From NCBI GenBank assembly GCA_026398815.1, contig JAPLSA010000016.1:61922-125921 (forward strand): a stretch of 64,000 bases of DNA, read 5' to 3'. This DNA is from Gammaproteobacteria bacterium. Lineage in GTDB: Bacteria; Pseudomonadota; Gammaproteobacteria; Nevskiales; Nevskiaceae. This document shows positions 9,869 to 20,749 of this stretch, in pieces. The translations under genes were made by a program, and so were the position numbers. The notes beneath the pieces were generated by a model. The model did not search any database, was not told the origin of the DNA, and saw nothing but the letters and a program-made list of their open reading frames with translations. The stretch's first letter is position 1; each line of letters begins with the position of its first letter.

Positions 9869-11101
9869 TCAGGGAGCTTGTTCGAGATCGAAAGCCTTAT
9901 GCAGTGATCGCACGGCAAGTTCGAGATACTTGTCTTCGACCACCACTGAAATCTTGATTTCGGAAGTGGAGATCATCCGGATATTGATGCTTTCCGCTGC
10001 CAGCGTCTTGAACATCTTTGCGGCAATGCCGGCGTGCGAGCGCATGCCGACACCAACCAGCGAAACCTTGCAGATATCGGTGGCCGTGCGGATCCCGGCG
10101 GCACCGAGCGATTCGGCTACCTTGCGCGAAACCTCGGCTGCGCGATCGAGTTCGCCGCGCGACACGGTGAACGTGAAATCGGTGGTGCCATCGGCACCGA
10201 CGTTCTGCACGATCATGTCGACTTCGATATTGGCGTCGCCAATCGGGCCAAGGATGGCGGCTGCGATGCCCGGGCGATCCGGCACGCCGGCCACGGTCAG
10301 CTGCGCTTCGTCCCGGCTGAACGCGATGCCGGCAATCAGGGGTTCTTCCACACCACTCTCCGTCTTTTTTTCATCCAGCGTGATCAGCGTGCCGGGGCCG
10401 TCGACGAAGGTCGACAGCACGCGCAGCGGCACCTTGTACTTGCCTGCAAATTCCACCGAGCGGATCTGCAGCACCTTGGAGCCGAGGCTCGCCAGTTCGA
10501 GCATTTCCTCGAAGGTGATCCGGTTCAGCCGGCGCGCCTTCGGCTCGACCCGCGGGTCGGTCGTGTAGACACCGTCGACGTCCGTGTAGATCTGGCACTC
10601 ATCGGCCTTCAGCGCTGCGGCGAGCGCGACACCGGTGGTGTCGGAGCCGCCACGGCCCAGCGTGGTGATGTTGCCGTCGTCGTCGATGCCCTGGAAACCG
10701 GCCACCACCGGCACGATCCCGGCGTTGCAGTCGGCCAGCAGACGTTCGGTCTCGATGTGCCGGATGCGCGCCTTGTTGTAGGCCCGGTCGGTGCGGATCG
10801 CGACCTGGGCGCCGGTGTACGAGCGCGCCCGCACACCCATCTTTTCCAGCGCAATCGCCAGCATCGCGATCGTCACCTGCTCGCCGGTGGCGATCATCTG
10901 ATCGAGTTCGCGCGACACCGGCCGCGGGTCGATCGCCTTGGCGAGCTTGATCAGGCGATCGGTTTCGCCCGACATCGCCGACACCACCACCACCACCTGA
11001 TCGCCGCGCGCGCGCGCGGCGGCCACCTTCGACGCGACGTGCTCGATGCGCTCGACCGAGCCCATCGAGGTGCCACCGTACTTGTGAACGAGCAAAGCCA
11101 T
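9869..11101 (-). CDS. lysC: aspartate kinase
   Basis: MALLVHKYGGTSMGSVERI...VVVVSAMSGETDRL...GGSDTT plus two C-terminal ACT domains. ATG at 11101 preferred over GTG at 11107. Confidence 0.95.
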   Translation of the reverse strand: MALLVHKYGGTSMGSVERIEHVASKVAAARARGDQVVVVVSAMSGETDRLIKLAKAIDPRPVSRELDQMIATGEQVTIAMLAIALEKMGVRARSYTGAQVAIRTDRAYNKARIRHIETERLLADCNAGIVPVVAGFQGIDDDGNITTLGRGGSDTTGVALAAALKADECQIYTDVDGVYTTDPRVEPKARRLNRITFEEMLELASLGSKVLQIRSVEFAGKYKVPLRVLSTFVDGPGTLITLDEKKTESGVEEPLIAGIAFSRDEAQLTVAGVPDRPGIAAAILGPIGDANIEVDMIVQNVGADGTTDFTFTVSRGELDRAAEVSRKVAESLGAAGIRTATDICKVSLVGVGMRSHAGIAAKMFKTLAAESINIRMISTSEIKISVVVEDKYLELAVRSLHKAFDLEQAP

Positions 11102-11188
11102 TGACACGGTTTCCAGTTGTTGAGCCCCGGACCGACGATCCGCGGCGTTGTCGGGCGCGAGCGGTTCGGCACCGTCGCGCCGGGTTGA

Positions 11189-13852
11189 TCAGCCGCCGGC
11201 GAGCTTGCCGTCGATCCACTGCAGCGCCGACTGCAACGCCGACTGCAGGTTCTGCGGCTGCGTGCCACCGCCCTGCGCCATGTCCGGACGGCCGCCGCCC
11301 TTGCCGCCGACCTGCGCAGCCGCGTGGGCCAGCAGCTCACCGGCCTTCACCCGGCCGGTGAGATCGGCCGTGACGCCGGCGATCAGCGATACCTTGTCGG
11401 CGGCCGGCAGGCCGAGCAGCACGATGCCGGACCCCAGCTTGCTCTTCAGCTGGTCGAGCAGGCCGCGCAGCTCGCCGGCGTCAATGCCGTCGACAGCGGT
11501 GGCCAGCACCTTGACGCCGTGGACCACCTTCGCCTGCCCGGCCAGCTCGTCACCAGCGTTGGCGGCCAGCTTGGCCTTCAGCGTTGCCAGTTCCTTCTCC
11601 AGCGCCTTCTGAGCGTCGAGCACGGCATTGACCCGGTTGACCAGTTCGGCCGGCGTGGTCTTCAGCAGGCCGGACGCAGCCGCCAGCTTCTGCTGCAGGC
11701 CGCTGACGTAGGCCAGCGCGTTGTCGCCGGTCACCGCTTCGACGCGCCGCACACCAGCCGCAACGCCGCTTTCCGCAACGATCTTGAACAGGCCGATGTC
11801 GCCGGCGCGATTGACGTGGGTGCCTCCGCACAGCTCGCGCGAGGAGCCGATGTCGAGCACCCGGACTTCGTCGCCGTACTTCTCGCCGAACAGCATCATC
11901 GCGCCGGTCTTGCGCGCTTCCTCGATCGGCAGCACGCGCGCCTGGGTATCGGCGTTGGCCATGATCTCGGCATTGACGCGGCGTTCCACCTCGGCGATCT
12001 GCTCGGCCGTCATCGGGCCGGTGTGCGCGAAATCGAAACGGGTCTTGTCGGCATCGACCAGCGAGCCCTTCTGCTGCACGTGATCGCCCAGCACTTCGCG
12101 CAGGGCCTTGTGCATCAGGTGGGTAGCGGAATGGTTGCGGACCGTGGCGCGGCGCACGCTGCCCGTCACCTCGGCGCGCAGGCTGTCGCCGACCGCAAGG
12201 CTGCCGCGTTCCAGCACGCCGTGATGGCCGAACACCGCGCCGCGCAGCTTCTGGGTATCGGCCACGATGAAGCGCAGCCGCTGATCGTCGCCACCGCAGG
12301 CGGGCGGCGGCTGCAGCGTGCCGCGATCACCGACCTGGCCGCCGGATTCGGCGTAGAACGGCGTGCGGTCGAGCACCACCACGCCGTGATCGCCGGCGGC
12401 CAGCGCGCGCACCGGCTGGTCATCGCGGTACAGCGCCAGCACCAGGGCATCGTCCCAGAGCCGGTCGTAGCCGACGAACACCGTGTCGGCGCCTTCGTAG
12501 GCCAGCGTGCCGGCGGTCTTGAAGCTGCTGGCCGCACGGGCACGGGCGCGCTGGGCGTCCATCTCGCGCTCGTAGCCGGCTTCGTCGAGCTTCAGGTTGC
12601 GCTCGCGGGCGATGTCGGCCGTGAGGTCGAACGGGAAGCCGTAGGTGTCGTACAGCTTGAAGACGACCTCACCGGGAATGGTGTCGGCCTTGAGTCCGGC
12701 AATCGCGTCGTCGAGCAGCTTCATGCCCTTGTCGAGCGTCGATGCAAAGCTGTCTTCCTCGGCGCGGATCACCTGTTCCAGGCGCGCGCGCTGCTCGATC
12801 AGTTCCGGGTAGGCGCCGCCCATCGCTTCGGCCAGCGGGCCGACCAGCTTCCAGAAGAACGCCTCGTTCAGCCCGAGCTTGTAACCGTGGCGGATCGCGC
12901 GGCGCATGATCCGGCGCAGCACATAGCCGCGGCCTTCGTTCGACGGCGTGACGCCGTCGATGATCAGGAACGCCGCCGAGCGGATGTGATCGGCGACCAC
13001 CTTCTGCGAGGCGCTGGCATACGGCACCGTGTTCGACAGCTTGGCGACCGCCCCGACCAGCACCTTGAAGGTGTCGATCTGGTAGTTGTCGTTGCTGCCC
13101 TGCATCAGCGCGCTGATCCGCTCCAGGCCCATGCCGGTATCGACGCTCGGCGCCGGCAATTTGCTCAGCGTGCCGTCCTTGGCGCGCTCGAACTGCATGA
13201 ACACGACGTTCCAGATCTCGATCCAGCGGTCGCCGTCTTCCTCCGGCGATCCCGGCGGGCCGCCGTAGATGCCCTTGGAGCCGTCCGGGTCGTGGTCGTA
13301 GAAGATCTCCGTGCACGGGCCGCAGGGGCCGGTGTCACCCATCGCCCAGAAGTTGTCCGAGGCGTACGGCGCGCCCTTGTTGTCGCCGATGCGGACGATG
13401 CGCTCGGCCGGGATGCCCATCTGCTCGTGCCAGATCGCATAGGCCTCGTCATCGGTGTGATAGACGGTGACCAGGAGCCGCGACTTGTCGATGCCGAGCC
13501 AATTCGGGCTGGTGATGAACTCCCAGGCGAAACGGATCGCGTCCTGCTTGAAGTAGTCGCCGAAGCTGAAGTTGCCCAGCATCTCGAAGAACGTGTGATG
13601 CCGGGCCGTGTAGCCGACGTTCTCGAGATCGTTGTGCTTGCCGCCGGCTCTGACGCAGCGCTGGCTCGACGTGGCCCGCGCGTACGGCCGCTTGTCCTGG
13701 CCGGTGAACACGTCCTTGAACTGCACCATGCCGGAATTGGTGAACAGCAAGGTCGGGTCGTTGCCCGGCACCAGCGACGACGACGGCACCACGGCGTGAC
13801 CCTGGCTCCGGAAATATTCGAGAAACTTCGCCCGCAATTCGTTGCTGTTCAT
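11189..13852 (-). CDS. alaS: alanine--tRNA ligase
   Basis: From [29 protein letters not shown]...[27 protein letters not shown], and the editing-domain [11 protein letters not shown]...CGGTHV. Confidence 0.95.
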   Translation of the reverse strand: MNSNELRAKFLEYFRSQGHAVVPSSSLVPGNDPTLLFTNSGMVQFKDVFTGQDKRPYARATSSQRCVRAGGKHNDLENVGYTARHHTFFEMLGNFSFGDYFKQDAIRFAWEFITSPNWLGIDKSRLLVTVYHTDDEAYAIWHEQMGIPAERIVRIGDNKGAPYASDNFWAMGDTGPCGPCTEIFYDHDPDGSKGIYGGPPGSPEEDGDRWIEIWNVVFMQFERAKDGTLSKLPAPSVDTGMGLERISALMQGSNDNYQIDTFKVLVGAVAKLSNTVPYASASQKVVADHIRSAAFLIIDGVTPSNEGRGYVLRRIMRRAIRHGYKLGLNEAFFWKLVGPLAEAMGGAYPELIEQRARLEQVIRAEEDSFASTLDKGMKLLDDAIAGLKADTIPGEVVFKLYDTYGFPFDLTADIARERNLKLDEAGYEREMDAQRARARAASSFKTAGTLAYEGADTVFVGYDRLWDDALVLALYRDDQPVRALAAGDHGVVVLDRTPFYAESGGQVGDRGTLQPPPACGGDDQRLRFIVADTQKLRGAVFGHHGVLERGSLAVGDSLRAEVTGSVRRATVRNHSATHLMHKALREVLGDHVQQKGSLVDADKTRFDFAHTGPMTAEQIAEVERRVNAEIMANADTQARVLPIEEARKTGAMMLFGEKYGDEVRVLDIGSSRELCGGTHVNRAGDIGLFKIVAESGVAAGVRRVEAVTGDNALAYVSGLQQKLAAASGLLKTTPAELVNRVNAVLDAQKALEKELATLKAKLAANAGDELAGQAKVVHGVKVLATAVDGIDAGELRGLLDQLKSKLGSGIVLLGLPAADKVSLIAGVTADLTGRVKAGELLAHAAAQVGGKGGGRPDMAQGGGTQPQNLQSALQSALQWIDGKLAGG

Positions 13853-14024
13853 GGCCTGCCGGGCCGGTTCCCGGTCGAAAAAAGTCGCGCATCTTAGCGC
13901 GCAAGGCCCTGTAACGGCGAGGTTTCGGGCTTGCCCGCAGGCTTCTTGCACAGCCCGTCAAGCGGTCTGCGCAGCCGATTGCGCATGCGCCGACAATGCG
14001 CCACTGCCCGATCCGGAAGTTCCC

Positions 14025-14831
14025 ATGTTTCAGGAAGTCGAAGACCTCAAGGCCGAAGGCGCTGTGCTGCAGGCGCTGCTGACCCGCCTTGCCCCCGACG
14101 ATTGGTCACGCCCGACACCGTTCAAACAGTGGACGCCGTGGGACGTGGTGGCGCACCTCCACCTGTCGGACCAGTGGGCCGTCGCCTCGCTGCAGGGGCC
14201 GCCGGCCTTCAAGCAGGCCATCCTGCCGCTGCTGGCCGCCCTCAATGCCCGTACCTCGCTGCGCGACTTCACCCGCCAGCACTTCGCCGGGCAGCCCGGC
14301 CGCGCGATTCTCGATTCCTGGCAGCGCTGCTTCATCGACCTCACGACGCGCCTCGCCGAGATTGATCCCAAGGCCCGCCTCGCCTGGTTCGGCCCGGACA
14401 TGGGTGCGCGCTCGTTCGTCACCGCGCGCTACATGGAAACCTGGGCACACGGCCAGGACATCTACGACCTGCTGGGCCAGACGCGCGTCTATACCGACGC
14501 GATCCGGGCGATCGCCACGCTGGGCGTCAAGACCTACGGCTTCACTTTCAGCAACCGCCGGCTGCCGGTGCCGGCGCCGGAGCCGCACCTGCGCCTCACC
14601 GCCCCGTCCGGCGCGATCTGGGAATGGAATCCGCCATCGGACAGCGACCGGATCGAAGGCCTGGCCAGCGAGTTCTGCCATGTCGTCACCCAGGGCCGGA
14701 ACATTGCCGACACGGCGCTGGTCATCACCGGGGAGCCCGCGAAGCAGTGGATGGGCATCGCGCAATGCTTCGCCGGCCCGCCGGAAGATCCGCCTGCCGC
14801 CGGCAGCCGGCTGCCGGCACTCGCCCGCTGA
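14025..14831 (+). CDS. DinB-fold / maleylpyruvate-isomerase-N family protein (TIGR03084-like)
   Basis: From MFQEVEDLKAEGAVLQALLTRLAPDDWSRPTPFKQWTPWDVVAHLH, a typical MDMPI_N start with a metal-ligand His. Family assignment is from memory only. Confidence 0.55.
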   Translation: MFQEVEDLKAEGAVLQALLTRLAPDDWSRPTPFKQWTPWDVVAHLHLSDQWAVASLQGPPAFKQAILPLLAALNARTSLRDFTRQHFAGQPGRAILDSWQRCFIDLTTRLAEIDPKARLAWFGPDMGARSFVTARYMETWAHGQDIYDLLGQTRVYTDAIRAIATLGVKTYGFTFSNRRLPVPAPEPHLRLTAPSGAIWEWNPPSDSDRIEGLASEFCHVVTQGRNIADTALVITGEPAKQWMGIAQCFAGPPEDPPAAGSRLPALAR

Positions 14832-14858
14832 AATCTGTATCTGACCCCAATTATTTCG

Positions 14859-16199
14859 ATGGCGATCAAGACGCGCGGTGCGGGTGGACGGACCGGCAAG
14901 ATTCTCGGCGTCGGACTGCGGACGCTCGGGCGATCGGTGCTGAACAAGCTGCCCGGTGGCGATCGGCTGGAGCGCACGGCGCTGTACTGGGCGGAGGTCG
15001 GCGAGGATTGGGCGCAGACGCTCGGCGAGCTGCGCGGCGCCGCCATGAAAATGGGCCAGCTGGCCTCGCAATACGCCGACGTGCTGCCGCCGCAGCTCGG
15101 CGAACAGCTGAAGAAGCTGCAGCGTTCGGTGGAGCCGCTGCCGTTTGCCGACATCGCGCCGCTGCTGGACGCGCAATGGACCGCCGCGCAGCGGAAGCGG
15201 GTCCGTTCGGTCGAACCGCAGGCGATCGCCGCCGCCAGCATCGGCCAGGTGCACCGGGCCGTGCTGTCCAACGGCGCGCCGGTGGTCATCAAGGTGCGCT
15301 ACCCCGGCGTGGTCGATGCCGTCGATGCCGATGTCGCGCAGCTGAAGCGGCTGATCGGCCTGTCGAAGCTGCTGCCGGTGGACAGCAGCGCCATCGACAC
15401 GCTGATGGCCGAGGTCCGCGACCGCTTCCGCGAGGAAACCGACTACGGCGCCGAACTGGGGCATCTGAAGCATCTGCGCCAGCACGCGAAACTGGCCGGC
15501 ATCGTCTACCCGAAGCCGGTCGAGGCGCTCTGCGCCGACGGCATCCTGGTGCTCAGCGAGGAAGCCGGCGCCACCCTGGAGATTGCGAAATCCTGGCCAC
15601 AGGAGCTGCGCGACGCCCTGGGGCTGGCGCTCAGCCGCTGGGCACTGCACCAGCTGTTCGTGGCGCTGGCGGTGCATGCCGATCCGCATCCGGGCAATTT
15701 CGCGTTCCGACCGACCGGCGAGCTGGTCGTCTACGACTTCGGCTGCGTCAAGCGGCTCAGCCGCCCGGTCGCCGATCGGGTGGTGGCGCTGCTCAACGCC
15801 GCTCACGCGTCGCGCTGGGACGAGTTGCACGGTCACCTCACCGCGCTGGGCGGCATCAGCGATGGCGTGACCACCGATCAGCTCACCGCGTTCTACCGCG
15901 AACTTGCCGAACTGATCCTGGGCCGCCTCGCCGAGGCGGAAACGTTCGATTTCGATGACGCCCGCTTCATCACCGACATTCGCGGTGCGATCAAGCGCAA
16001 TCTCGGGCTGTCGTTCAAGTTCAAGCCGGTGTCCGACCTGCTGTTCGTGCTCCGGGCGCTGAGCGGCCACTACTGGATCCTGCGCGCGCTGCGGGCCCGT
16101 GTGCCGGTCATTGCCATCCTGGCGCCGCATGGCGTGCAGCTGCGTCCGGGCCCGCGCCCGGCCGGCGTGCAGGGCGATGACCCGAAAAAAGGCAGCTGA
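14859..16199 (+). CDS. ABC1/UbiB-family atypical protein kinase
   Basis: GAAMKMGQLASQYADVLPPQL...PIAAASIGQVHRAVL..G..VVIKVRYPGV...HADPHPGNF are ABC1 hallmark motifs. Confidence 0.85.
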   Translation: MAIKTRGAGGRTGKILGVGLRTLGRSVLNKLPGGDRLERTALYWAEVGEDWAQTLGELRGAAMKMGQLASQYADVLPPQLGEQLKKLQRSVEPLPFADIAPLLDAQWTAAQRKRVRSVEPQAIAAASIGQVHRAVLSNGAPVVIKVRYPGVVDAVDADVAQLKRLIGLSKLLPVDSSAIDTLMAEVRDRFREETDYGAELGHLKHLRQHAKLAGIVYPKPVEALCADGILVLSEEAGATLEIAKSWPQELRDALGLALSRWALHQLFVALAVHADPHPGNFAFRPTGELVVYDFGCVKRLSRPVADRVVALLNAAHASRWDELHGHLTALGGISDGVTTDQLTAFYRELAELILGRLAEAETFDFDDARFITDIRGAIKRNLGLSFKFKPVSDLLFVLRALSGHYWILRALRARVPVIAILAPHGVQLRPGPRPAGVQGDDPKKGS

Positions 16200-16680
16200 T
16201 TCGTCGTTCAGGCGGAAACAGTGCGGCAGTTCACAGTCTGGCCGGCGAAATCTGCACTATTCATGTCCAGCGGGTACTTCAAGCATCTGTTGGCATTAAG
16301 GTTTGCACGGCGTTTGCTTGATATCGACATGCGCCCCACGAACCGACAAAAAATGATCCGCCGCAGTGCACAATAGACGCACCGTTGTGGCGCACGCCAT
16401 CAACGGTCGACAGCCTCATTGCGGTATCCCAGCAGGCCCGAAAGCGGCCGTTCAGCTTCCATCCATGTCGAGGACCCCAGCATCGTCAGCCTGCCGTCGG
16501 CCTGCTCACCCTCTCCTGAGGGCGATGCCAGCCGCGAACCAACTGACCGCCCGACGGATTCCCTGCGACCTGCAGCATCGCGACAAGCGCCGGCCTTTCG
16601 CTGAGCGCTGACCGTAAACCCCGGCAAATACACGATTTCCCTTCACCGTCATCCACTACAACGATCGAGACCAGTCAGGC

Positions 16681-17652
16681 ATGGGAACCAAGCGAGAGTT
16701 CGGACCGCAGCGCATCCTCGTCACCGGCGGCGCCGGCTTCATCGGATCGCACCTGTGTGCCCGGCTGCTGGCCGAAGGGCAGGAAGTGCTCTGCGTCGAC
16801 AACTTCTACACCGGCTCGCGCGAAAACCTGCAGCCCATCCTCAATCACCCGCGCTTCGAATTCCTGCGTCATGACGTGACCATGCCGCTGTATGTCGAGG
16901 TCGACCAGATCTACAACCTCGCCTGCCCGGCCAGCCCGATCCACTACCAGTTCGATCCGGTCGCCACCACCAAGACCAGCGTCCACGGCGCGATCAACAT
17001 GCTGGGTCTTGCCAAGCGCCTGAAGTGCCGGATCTTCCAGGCCTCGACCAGCGAGGTCTATGGCGATCCTGAAGTCCACCCGCAGCCGGAGGACTACTGG
17101 GGCCACGTCAACCCGGTCGGCTACCGCTCCTGCTACGACGAGGGCAAGCGCTGCGCCGAAACCCTGTTCTTCGACTACCACCGGCAGCACAAGGTCGAGA
17201 TCAAGGTCGCCCGCATCTTCAACACCTACGGCCCGAACATGCATCCGAACGATGGCCGGGTGGTGTCGAACTTCATCATGCAGGCGCTGCTCGGCCGGCC
17301 GATCACGATCTACGGCGAAGGCCAGCAGACCCGCTCGTTCTGCTTCGTCGACGATCTCGTCGAAGGTTTCGTGCGCCTGATGAACTCGCCTGAAGACGTC
17401 ACCGGCCCGATCAACCTCGGCAACCCGGGCGAGTTCACGATCCGCGAACTGGCCGAACTGGTGATCGAACTGACCGGCTCGAAGTCGACGCTCGAACATC
17501 TGCCGCTGCCGCCGGATGATCCCAAGCAGCGCCGTCCGGACATCACCCGCGCCCGCAACACGCTGGGCTGGGAACCGAAGATCGCGCTGCGCGAAGGCCT
17601 GCAGCGGTCGATTCCGTACTTCGAGCGCGTGCTGCGCGACCAGAAACACTGA
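16681..17652 (+). CDS. UDP-glucuronate decarboxylase (UDP-xylose synthase)
   Basis: [28 protein letters not shown]...[21 protein letters not shown]...[29 protein letters not shown] are UXS signature blocks. Confidence 0.9.
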   Translation: MGTKREFGPQRILVTGGAGFIGSHLCARLLAEGQEVLCVDNFYTGSRENLQPILNHPRFEFLRHDVTMPLYVEVDQIYNLACPASPIHYQFDPVATTKTSVHGAINMLGLAKRLKCRIFQASTSEVYGDPEVHPQPEDYWGHVNPVGYRSCYDEGKRCAETLFFDYHRQHKVEIKVARIFNTYGPNMHPNDGRVVSNFIMQALLGRPITIYGEGQQTRSFCFVDDLVEGFVRLMNSPEDVTGPINLGNPGEFTIRELAELVIELTGSKSTLEHLPLPPDDPKQRRPDITRARNTLGWEPKIALREGLQRSIPYFERVLRDQKH

Positions 17653-17654
17653 GC

Positions 17655-18671
17655 GTGTCGCTGCCGATGAACCCGTCCGATTCCGCTCGCACGATCCTGG
17701 TCACCGGCGGCGCCGGTTTCGTCGGCAGCCATGCCTGCAAGGCGCTGGCTGCAGCCGGCTACCAGCCGGTGGTCTACGACAACCTGAGCCGCGGCCACCG
17801 CGAAGCGGTCAAATGGGGCCCGCTGATCGAGGGCGACATCCTCGACCGCAGTCGCCTCGAACAGGTCATCCGCGAGGTCCAGCCGGTCGCCGTGATGCAC
17901 TTCGCCGCGTTCGCCTACGTCGGCGAATCGATGGCCAACCCGTCGCTGTATTTCGAGAACAACGTGGTCGGCACCACGCGCCTGCTCGAAGCGATGCGCG
18001 CCACCGGCGTGACGACCCTGGTCTTCTCGTCGAGCTGCGCCGTCTACGGCGGCGTCCACGACCAGCCGATCGACGAATCGACGCCGTGTGACCCCAGCTC
18101 GTTCTACGGCCAGAGCAAGCTCAACTGCGAGCAGCTGATCCGCGGCTTCGTGCGCCATCACGGCTTCAGCGCCATCGCGCTGCGCTACTTCAATGCCGCC
18201 GGCTCCGACCCGGACGGCGAGATCGGCGAAGACCACGACCCCGAGCCGCACATCATCCCGGTGGTGCTGAAGGTCGCCGCAGGCATCGACGTCAAGGTCA
18301 CGCTGAACGGCGCCGACCACCCCACGGCCGATGGCACCTGCGTCCGCGATTTCGTTCACGTCTGTGATCTGGCGCACGCTCACACGCTGGCGGTGGCGCG
18401 CGCCTTGCAACAGAAAATGACATTCGAGGCTGTTAACCTCGGCGTCGGAAACGGATTTTCCTTGAACCAGATCGTGGAAGCGGCACGTCGCGTGACCGGG
18501 CGCACAATTCCGGTGAGCTACACCGATCGCCGGCCCGGCGATCCCCCTTATGCTGTCGGCCGTGCCGACTACGCGCGGACCGCGCTGGGCTGGACACCGA
18601 AATTCACCGAACTTGACGACGCGATCGCACACAGTTGGCGTTGGATGCAGCGGCAAGCCATAACCGCCTAG
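17655..18671 (+). CDS. galE: UDP-glucose 4-epimerase
   Basis: [13 protein letters not shown]...YDNLSRGHREAV...FSSSCAVYG...PSSFYGQSKL..E...LRYFNAAG.DP...GEDH.PE.HIIP. GTG start at 17655 (alternative ATG at 17667). Confidence 0.9.
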   Translation: MSLPMNPSDSARTILVTGGAGFVGSHACKALAAAGYQPVVYDNLSRGHREAVKWGPLIEGDILDRSRLEQVIREVQPVAVMHFAAFAYVGESMANPSLYFENNVVGTTRLLEAMRATGVTTLVFSSSCAVYGGVHDQPIDESTPCDPSSFYGQSKLNCEQLIRGFVRHHGFSAIALRYFNAAGSDPDGEIGEDHDPEPHIIPVVLKVAAGIDVKVTLNGADHPTADGTCVRDFVHVCDLAHAHTLAVARALQQKMTFEAVNLGVGNGFSLNQIVEAARRVTGRTIPVSYTDRRPGDPPYAVGRADYARTALGWTPKFTELDDAIAHSWRWMQRQAITA

Positions 18672-19186
18672 GGAGCATTTTCCCCTTCTGCCAGACAGCT
18701 ACAGAACAACTCGAACGATGGAATTACGAACCAACTACCCGGGTGCTGCGACGCAGATCGTGAGAGGACATTTGATGCAGCAGCGCAAACCGTCAGAGTT
18801 GCCTTGATCGCAGACATGCTCCTGGGTGCGCTCGTTGCAGATCGCCGTAACGCGATTCCTGACCAGGATTGGCATTGCCCCGGATTCAAGCTGATGACCG
18901 CCGTTCACCGCATGCCAGTTGCAGATCTGGCCTCCATCAACTGCGCAGCAAACCACTTATGAGTTCCCTTCAGAAATCACCACATAACGCGCGCGATACG
19001 TCGAACGTCGTCGGACGCAGATCGGCGATATCACTGGGCGCAGCCTCAAACAACACGAACAGCATTACCGACCTTCGACCGGGTGCCGCCGAGCAGCGCC
19101 CGGCGCTTCATCAACCCGGCGCGCTACCACACCCCGACGCGGCAGTCCCCGCTCGGAAGCGTCGTTCGCGAGGCGCCACTCGAGCG

Positions 19187-19846
19187 ATGCTGCATCGTTC
19201 AGAGGGCACGCACACGGCAGGAGCGATCTCCATCCCCCGTGCCTGGTCCATTGCCAAGCGCGGAATCGACTTCGTTGGCAGCCTGATGCTCCTCGGCTTG
19301 CTGTCGCCCGTTTTCACCGCCCTTTACATATTGGTCGCTCGTTCCGGCGGCGAAGTGTTCTATGGCCATAGGCGTATTGGCCGTAATGGCGAATGGTTCA
19401 CCTGTTACAAGTTCAGAACGATGATTCCGGACGCTGAAAGTGTCCTTAAGCGCGTACTTGCGGAACATCCGGAACTGAAAGCCGAATGGGATCGAGACGA
19501 GAAACTCCGCAAAGATCCGCGCGTGACAAAGGTTGGCGAGTTCCTGCGTCGCACCAGTCTCGATGAACTACCTCAGCTATTTAACGTGCTGCGCGGTGAC
19601 ATGAGCCTAGTTGGGCCGCGACCGGTCACCGATGTCGGGAAAGAACACTATCGTCGCGCTTGGCGCTGGTACCTGGCGGTACGCCCGGGCATGACTGGCT
19701 TGTGGCAAGTCAGTGGCCGCAATGACGTCGGCTTCAGACGGCGAATCGTGCTCGACGTCTACTACATCAGGAATCAGCACCTCTGGCTGGATCTGCAGAT
19801 TCTGTTTCGGACTATCCGTGTCGTCTTCGGAAGCACGGGCTACTGA
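19187..19846 (+). CDS. initiating phosphoglycosyl transferase (small 'bacterial sugar transferase' family, PglC/WbaP-C-like)
   Basis: AKRGIDFVGSLMLLGLLSPVF re-entrant helix, CYKFRTM, DPRVTKVGEFLRRTSLDELPQLFNVLRGDMSLVGPRP, PGMTGLWQVSGRN. Start is uncertain: ATG 19187 gives the usual ~219 aa; 18959 and 18869 are also open. Confidence 0.85.
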   Translation: MLHRSEGTHTAGAISIPRAWSIAKRGIDFVGSLMLLGLLSPVFTALYILVARSGGEVFYGHRRIGRNGEWFTCYKFRTMIPDAESVLKRVLAEHPELKAEWDRDEKLRKDPRVTKVGEFLRRTSLDELPQLFNVLRGDMSLVGPRPVTDVGKEHYRRAWRWYLAVRPGMTGLWQVSGRNDVGFRRRIVLDVYYIRNQHLWLDLQILFRTIRVVFGSTGY

Positions 19847-19948
19847 TGTCCCGGCGTCGGGCCTCTCACGCCTTCGGCATAGATCAACACCCTTACAGCC
19901 GAAGCAGACATCCTTGTTCTCAATTGCTTCACGACGTGACTTGACGGG

Positions 19949-20749
19949 ATGAGTTGCCGAATTCTTGTGGTTGGTAGCGGAAGCTTCATCGCTCGCCATT
20001 GGCTCGCCATCACCGGACACTCCGCGACCGCAATCAGCCACGATGGCATCGCCGCCCTGGCTGGGCAGCGCTTCGATGTCGTTGTCAATTGCGCCGTGTC
20101 GCCGGCAACCAAGTCAGTTGCCTATCGCGAGGCAGACGACTGCGACCTGCTCGCCGCCCGACATGCCGCAGACACCGACAGTCATTTCGTGATGCTCAGT
20201 ACTCGAAAGGTCTATCGGCCATCGAATGTCCCGATCGTGCTTGACGAGCAATCGCCTGTGGGACCTGCCTGCTTTTACGGTGCAAACAAGCTCGAATCCG
20301 AGCGCCGCATCGCAGCCCTGTTAGGCGAACGATGCACGATCCTGCGTGTCGCCAATGTCTACGGGCGCGAGTACGGAAGGCAGAGCTTCTTCGGCATCGC
20401 GACATCGAGATTGCGAAATGAAGGCCGCATCGTGCTCGACGCCAGCCCCTATGTCGAACGCGATTTCCTGCCGGTTACAGCTTTCGCCGGGCTGCTCGAC
20501 AGTATCTGTGCGCATCGTCCATCCGGTATTCACGCACTTGGCAGCGGCATAGGCCTTTCGCTCGGCCGTATTGCCCAATGGCTGATTCAGGGCCACGGCC
20601 GTGGCGTGCTCGAAGTAATCGACGTGACCGAGCGTGACGCCTTCACGATGAACCCCGCAAAGCTGCTGCGGTCACTGGGACTTCCGCGTCCACATTACGA
20701 CCTCGAATCCGACATCCGCAATATTGGACGCCTGCTCAACGATGAATAA
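19949..20749 (+). CDS. RmlD-like SDR (putative NDP-4-keto-6-deoxyhexose reductase)
   Basis: 266 aa, ILVVGSGSFIARHW N-terminus (degenerate GxxGxxG), FYGANKLESE YxxxK motif, RmlD-like size. 3' end overlaps the next start (ATGAATAA). Confidence 0.6.
   Translation: MSCRILVVGSGSFIARHWLAITGHSATAISHDGIAALAGQRFDVVVNCAVSPATKSVAYREADDCDLLAARHAADTDSHFVMLSTRKVYRPSNVPIVLDEQSPVGPACFYGANKLESERRIAALLGERCTILRVANVYGREYGRQSFFGIATSRLRNEGRIVLDASPYVERDFLPVTAFAGLLDSICAHRPSGIHALGSGIGLSLGRIAQWLIQGHGRGVLEVIDVTERDAFTMNPAKLLRSLGLPRPHYDLESDIRNIGRLLNDE

Noticed and set aside
11102-11188. Possible lysine riboswitch ahead of lysC
   Set aside because: The spacer to alaS is only 87 nt, too short for an L-box, and no conserved L-box motifs were seen.
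11324-13897. 857-aa plus-strand ORF
   Set aside because: It is antisense to alaS.
14106-16130. 674-aa minus-strand ORF
   Set aside because: It is antisense to the DinB-fold and UbiB-like genes and has no recognisable motifs.
16419-16430. Partial ops/JUMPStart-like match (TGCGGTATCCC) upstream of the polysaccharide genes
   Set aside because: It has only about 6 of 8 matches to GGCGGTAG, and such a match is easily found by chance in GC-rich DNA. No second JUMPStart feature was seen.
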